Virus record (IMG/VR): IMGVR_UViG_3300009506_000107
Span: 1-36,975 of that record
Reading direction: 5' to 3' (one strand)
DNA from: a virus
Taxonomy: Duplodnaviria > Caudoviricetes
DNA: 36,975 bases
The notes beneath the pieces were generated by a model. The model was not told the DNA's origin, searched no databases, and was given only the letters and a program-made list of their open reading frames with translations. Made by a program: the position numbers and the translations under genes. Of this stretch, positions 33,513-36,975 are shown one piece after another; the stretch's first letter is position 1; each line of letters opens with the position of its first letter.

Positions 33513-34454
33513 ATGGCTTACATAGAAACTACAACTAACCTGTCAAATGAGGCGAAAACTTGGTATGACAGGACGTTGCTCGACCGTGCGCAGGAGGTTC
33601 TTGTGCATGATCAGGCAGCGCAGAAGAAGGGTATCCCGGCAAGAGGCGGGATTAATGTGGAGTTTCGCAGGTTCGGCGCATTGGCTGCGGCTACAACGGC
33701 GCTGACAGAGGGGACGAATCCCGCCGGTTCTAATGTGACGGTGACAACCGTTACTGCGACGGTGCAGCAGTATGGTGATTATGTCGTGGGTTCGGACATA
33801 ATTGAGACGCAGGCGATTGACAATATTCTCACTGAGATCACAGAAGTTCAAGGCGATCAGGCTGGGTTGACGTTTGATGTATTGACGCGGGAGGAGTTGG
33901 CGACAACTTCTAATGTGTATTACGCAAACGGCGCCGGTTCGCGTGGGGATGTTGGCTCGGGAGACTGGTTCGATCTGTCTGAGCTGCGCCGGATGGAGCG
34001 GCTTTTGAGCCGGAATAAGGCTCGACCGATCCGGGGCAATAAGTTTATGGTGTTTATTCACTCGGATACTTATACGGATTTCGTTGGGGATTCGTCGGTT
34101 CAGAATATCCTAATGAACGCCGGGGCGCGTGGTCCGCAGAATCCCTTGTTCAAGGGGGAGGTTGGCGAGATCAGTCGGAGTGTTCTAGTGGAGACGCCAA
34201 ACGGAAAAGTGTACGCATCGGGTGGGGAGGATTCGGTGGATGTGTATGCGGCAATCGGGGTTGGGAAAAATGCCTATGGCGCCATTGATCTTGAGGCGCA
34301 TCAGCTTACAACCGTTTTTGTGCCGGCTAAGGCTGATCATGGGGACCGGTTGGGGCTGACGTGGGTTAAGGGGTGGAAGGGAACGTATGTCGCCAAGATT
34401 CTCAACTCGGATTGGGTTGTGAAGGTTGAGCATGCGTGTACCTATCCCTTGTAG
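33513..34454 (+). CDS. Major capsid protein, N4-gp56-like family (313 aa)
   Basis: WYDRTLL.RA...LVHDQ, IP..GG..VEFRRF, ALTEG.NP, V.ATVQQYGDYV..SD, FKGEVGEI, G.NAYG and D.L......GWK. Confidence 0.9.
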   Translation: MAYIETTTNLSNEAKTWYDRTLLDRAQEVLVHDQAAQKKGIPARGGINVEFRRFGALAAATTALTEGTNPAGSNVTVTTVTATVQQYGDYVVGSDIIETQAIDNILTEITEVQGDQAGLTFDVLTREELATTSNVYYANGAGSRGDVGSGDWFDLSELRRMERLLSRNKARPIRGNKFMVFIHSDTYTDFVGDSSVQNILMNAGARGPQNPLFKGEVGEISRSVLVETPNGKVYASGGEDSVDVYAAIGVGKNAYGAIDLEAHQLTTVFVPAKADHGDRLGLTWVKGWKGTYVAKILNSDWVVKVEHACTYPL

Positions 34455-34548
34455 TTCGGCGTTGTCTCCTTGTGCTTAGTGCCTGTTGCGGTTTCGGGGG
34501 AGGCCGGAGCAGGAGGGTGGGTTGGGTTGGGAATTATGTGGAGGGGCT

Positions 34549-34935
34549 ATGAGTGAGGATCGCAAGATGACGGCGGAGGAGGTTCGTGTGTTGTTGAAGG
34601 AGGCGGCTGCGGCGGGGGCTGCGGCGGCGTTGCGGGAGCGGGAGGATTCTGAAAGGGAAGCGGCGGAGCAGTTGGCGGCGTTGTTGAAGGAGGCGGAGCA
34701 GAAGGCTGCGGCGCGGGAGGCGGCGTGGGTGGAGCGGGTGGCGGCGGCGCCGCGGGAGGTGGTGGTGGCGCCGGAGGATATGGTGCTAACGTATCAGGGG
34801 ATCCGGGTGGAGGTGAAGGGTGGGGAGGAGTGTGAGGTGCCGGCGCCGCATGCCGCGTTGTTCCGGCAGGTGATGGAGGAGCGTATGCAGTTGGAAGCTC
34901 TCAAAAGGGCGATGGCGCAGAAGGGGGTATTTTAG
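34549..34935 (+). CDS. Capsid-gene-adjacent protein (128 aa)
   Basis: SD ggagggg before ATG 34549. A coiled coil is followed by YQGIRVEVKGGEECEVP, a pattern commonly seen downstream of N4-gp56-type capsid genes. Confidence 0.65.
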   Translation: MSEDRKMTAEEVRVLLKEAAAAGAAAALREREDSEREAAEQLAALLKEAEQKAAAREAAWVERVAAAPREVVVAPEDMVLTYQGIRVEVKGGEECEVPAPHAALFRQVMEERMQLEALKRAMAQKGVF

Positions 34936-34945
34936 GGAGGATAGT

Positions 34946-35476
34946 ATGCCATTAGATAGGGAGAATGATCTGTTTGGGAAGTTCGGTGGGTTCACGGTGC
35001 AGGCGTCGGGTTCGGTGACTCGTCCGGCGGATACAACGCAGTATACGGCGGGGGACGCTATTGGTACGTCCAGTTCAAGTGTGATTACGTTGGGTGGGTG
35101 TGCGCGGCAGGCCGGGGGCAGTGGGTTGATTGTGTCTGCTATGGTGGTAGATAGTGCAGCTCAAGCTACACTGCCGGATTTGGAGCTGTGGTTGTTTCAG
35201 GAGGAGCCGGCTGGGGAGGCGGATAACGCGGCGTTTACGCCTACGGATGCGGAGTTGCTTACCCTGCTCGGGGTGATTGATTTTGACACTCCGTTTGTGG
35301 GGGATGCAACGGTGGGGGCGGGTGGAAACGCCGTAGCGCAGGCGCAGGTGCAGAACATTGGGTTTAGGTGTGAGAATGGGAGCCGGGATCTGTATGGTAT
35401 CCTGGTGGAGCGGGGGACTTATACGCCGGTTTCTGCGGAAGTGTTCACGGTGATTCTTGGGGTGCTGCAAGACTAG
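34946..35476 (+). CDS. Putative capsid decoration/spike-base protein (176 aa)
   Basis: SD gggagga. VTRPADTTQYTAGDAIG, LELWLF, DNAAF and LYGILV...YTPVS form a jelly-roll-like structural pattern. Confidence 0.6.
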   Translation: MPLDRENDLFGKFGGFTVQASGSVTRPADTTQYTAGDAIGTSSSSVITLGGCARQAGGSGLIVSAMVVDSAAQATLPDLELWLFQEEPAGEADNAAFTPTDAELLTLLGVIDFDTPFVGDATVGAGGNAVAQAQVQNIGFRCENGSRDLYGILVERGTYTPVSAEVFTVILGVLQD

Positions 35477-35907
35477 TGGGCATTTATCGGGGGAGTCGTG
35501 CTGCGGTCCTGGGTTCTGGCCTCCGTGTGGTGCGGGTGTCGGTGTTGGGGGTGAGTTATGCGGAGGTCGGGGACGTTGGTACGACAACGATAGAGGTAGT
35601 GTTTTCGCAGAATGTGAACGCAACCGACTATAAGGCGGGGGTTACAATCCGGGTCAATAGTATCTCACAAACGATCTCGACGGCGGCGCGGCAGGATCCT
35701 AATTTGAAGTTGGTATACTATGTGATTGCGGCAGCGGCGGATGCGGATGACGTGGTGGATTGGGCGTATGATGCGGACTTGGGTGATTATGAGGATGATG
35801 AGGGCAATCCTATGGATGACGTGTCGGCGGTGGGGCTAACGAATTACATAGGGTGTCATCAGTATTTTGATACGGCGGATGATTCTGCGTGGGTAGGTGT
35901 CTTATGA
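35476..35907 (+). CDS. Ig-like (SwmB-type repeat-like) virion accessory protein (143 aa)
   Basis: TTIEVVFSQNV...VTIRVN...VYYVI....D.VDWAY...D..GN beta-sandwich pattern. Confidence 0.5.
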   Translation: MGIYRGSRAAVLGSGLRVVRVSVLGVSYAEVGDVGTTTIEVVFSQNVNATDYKAGVTIRVNSISQTISTAARQDPNLKLVYYVIAAAADADDVVDWAYDADLGDYEDDEGNPMDDVSAVGLTNYIGCHQYFDTADDSAWVGVL

Positions 35908-36092
35908 GGGTCTTTCGTGTTGCGGTGTCGTTGTGGTGGGATGGGGATTGGTGGGGGAATAGGCGGAGATCGTATCGGCGGCGCCGGTATTGGTTGGCTG
36001 TGGTGCGTCCGGTGAGTGTCAAGGGTTCTGTGTTGGGAGTGCAGGTTGGTCCTGTGAGGATGCAGGTGCAGGTGGAGGGCAAAGATGGCTAA
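35904..36092 (+). CDS. Small Arg/Trp-rich hypothetical protein (62 aa)
   Basis: ATGA overlap with the upstream stop; it fills the gap exactly to the next gene. Confidence 0.5.
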   Translation: MRVFRVAVSLWWDGDWWGNRRRSYRRRRYWLAVVRPVSVKGSVLGVQVGPVRMQVQVEGKDG

Positions 36093-36975
36093 TTTGCAGG
36101 TGAAGGATGCGGCTGCGGCAACCAAGTATATTGCGGCTAGTGGGGCGGGGACTGACATTGATCCGCATGTGGTGGAGCATTTGGATTCTAACTCGGCGGC
36201 GATGTTGACGGCGTTGCAGGCGATTCAGACGGCGTTGGAGCTGATTGACAATATGATCAGTGGGTCTGAGGCGCAGGTGGATGTGGTATCATCTGCTCTC
36301 CCATCGGGAGCTGCAACGGAGTCCACCTTGGGCGCAATCCAAACAGCAGCGGAGGCAATTCAGACCGCAGTTGAGCTGATTGACAATATGATAGCGGGGT
36401 CTGAGGCGCAGGTGGATGTGGTGGCGGCGTTGCCAGTGGGTGCGAATCAGATTGGGTCTGTGATTGTGGATGACATAGAGGACGGCGCCGGGGACTCTGT
36501 GATGGATGCAGTGAATGATGCGATCCGCGTCAATGTGGTTGCGGGTTCTGCGGGTGGTGTTTCTCATATGGATGATGCGGCGTTTACTGTGGGTGTGGAT
36601 GATGTGGTGCCGGCTGGGGCGGTGTATCAGTCAAGTCCGGATGTGGTGGATGATGGCGATGCGGGAGCGGTGCGGATGACGGCGCAGCGGGCTATGATGG
36701 TATCGCATGAGACGCCGGCGGGTGATAGTATGGTGGATGATACCAACGATGCGATGAGGGTCAATGGGGTGTCTCATACGGATGATGCGGCGTTTACTGC
36801 GGGGACGGATGATGTTGTGCCGGCGGCGGGAGTGTATCAGTCAAGTCCGGATGTGGTGGATGATGGCGATGCGGGAGCGGTGCGGATGACGGCGCAGCGG
36901 GCTATGATGGTATCGCATGAGACGCCGGCGGGTGATAGTATGGTGGATGATACCAACGATGCGATGAGGGTCAAT
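36085..36975 (+). CDS. 5' part of the repeat-rich spike/fibre-like protein (open at the window end; continues at 138-764)
   Basis: SD ggaggg, ATG 36085, MANLQVKDAAAATKY..., and 297 codons with no stop. The ORF track missed it because it runs off the end. Confidence 0.8.
   Translation, partial: MANLQVKDAAAATKYIAASGAGTDIDPHVVEHLDSNSAAMLTALQAIQTALELIDNMISGSEAQVDVVSSALPSGAATESTLGAIQTAAEAIQTAVELIDNMIAGSEAQVDVVAALPVGANQIGSVIVDDIEDGAGDSVMDAVNDAIRVNVVAGSAGGVSHMDDAAFTVGVDDVVPAGAVYQSSPDVVDDGDAGAVRMTAQRAMMVSHETPAGDSMVDDTNDAMRVNGVSHTDDAAFTAGTDDVVPAAGVYQSSPDVVDDGDAGAVRMTAQRAMMVSHETPAGDSMVDDTNDAMRVN
36556..36975 (+). repeat. 210-nt (70-aa) coding tandem repeat, two copies
   Basis: GVSH.DDAAFT.G.DDVVPA..VYQSSPDVVDDGDAGAVRMTAQRAMMVSHETPAGDSMVDDTNDAMRVN occurs twice. 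The 3' ~145 nt are identical and the 5' ~65 nt have diverged. Confidence 0.9.

Noticed and set aside
36556-36975. Diversity-generating retroelement template/variable repeat pair
   Set aside because: No reverse transcriptase is present, both copies are in-frame coding, and the differences are not adenine-specific.

Overview
The window looks like a complete or near-complete, circularly permuted ~36.8 kb tailed dsDNA phage genome with podovirus-like architecture. Bases 1-137 are identical to 36839-36975, and one repeat-rich ORF runs across the join. Every credible gene is on the + strand, which is extremely G/T-rich, so the long Pro/His-rich minus-strand ORFs are shadows. A short early/replication block (10816-14180) encodes an RHH regulator, a DPBB-like protein, small membrane proteins and an HTH replication initiator with an internal origin-like repeat zone. 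A very long late block starts at ~14235 and wraps round to 10635. It encodes TerS, TerL, portal, a 3956-aa polyvalent ejection-type protein with two ADP-ribosyltransferase-like cassettes, a holin-like protein, scaffold, N4-gp56-type major capsid, decoration/spike proteins, two glycosyltransferase genes, two adaptor paralogs, a nozzle-like protein and a DUF559-like protein. I saw no integrase, CI-type repressor, DNA polymerase, canonical endolysin, tRNA or CRISPR array. The most striking signal is non-coding. A perfect leftward sigma70 promoter has no ORF behind it and would make a ~75-nt two-hairpin RNA. The unpaired arms of that RNA are exactly complementary to both arms of an intrinsic terminator placed right after the late promoter 3.5 kb away, suggesting an sRNA-controlled late-operon attenuator. 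Family assignments come from motif recognition only; no searches were run.
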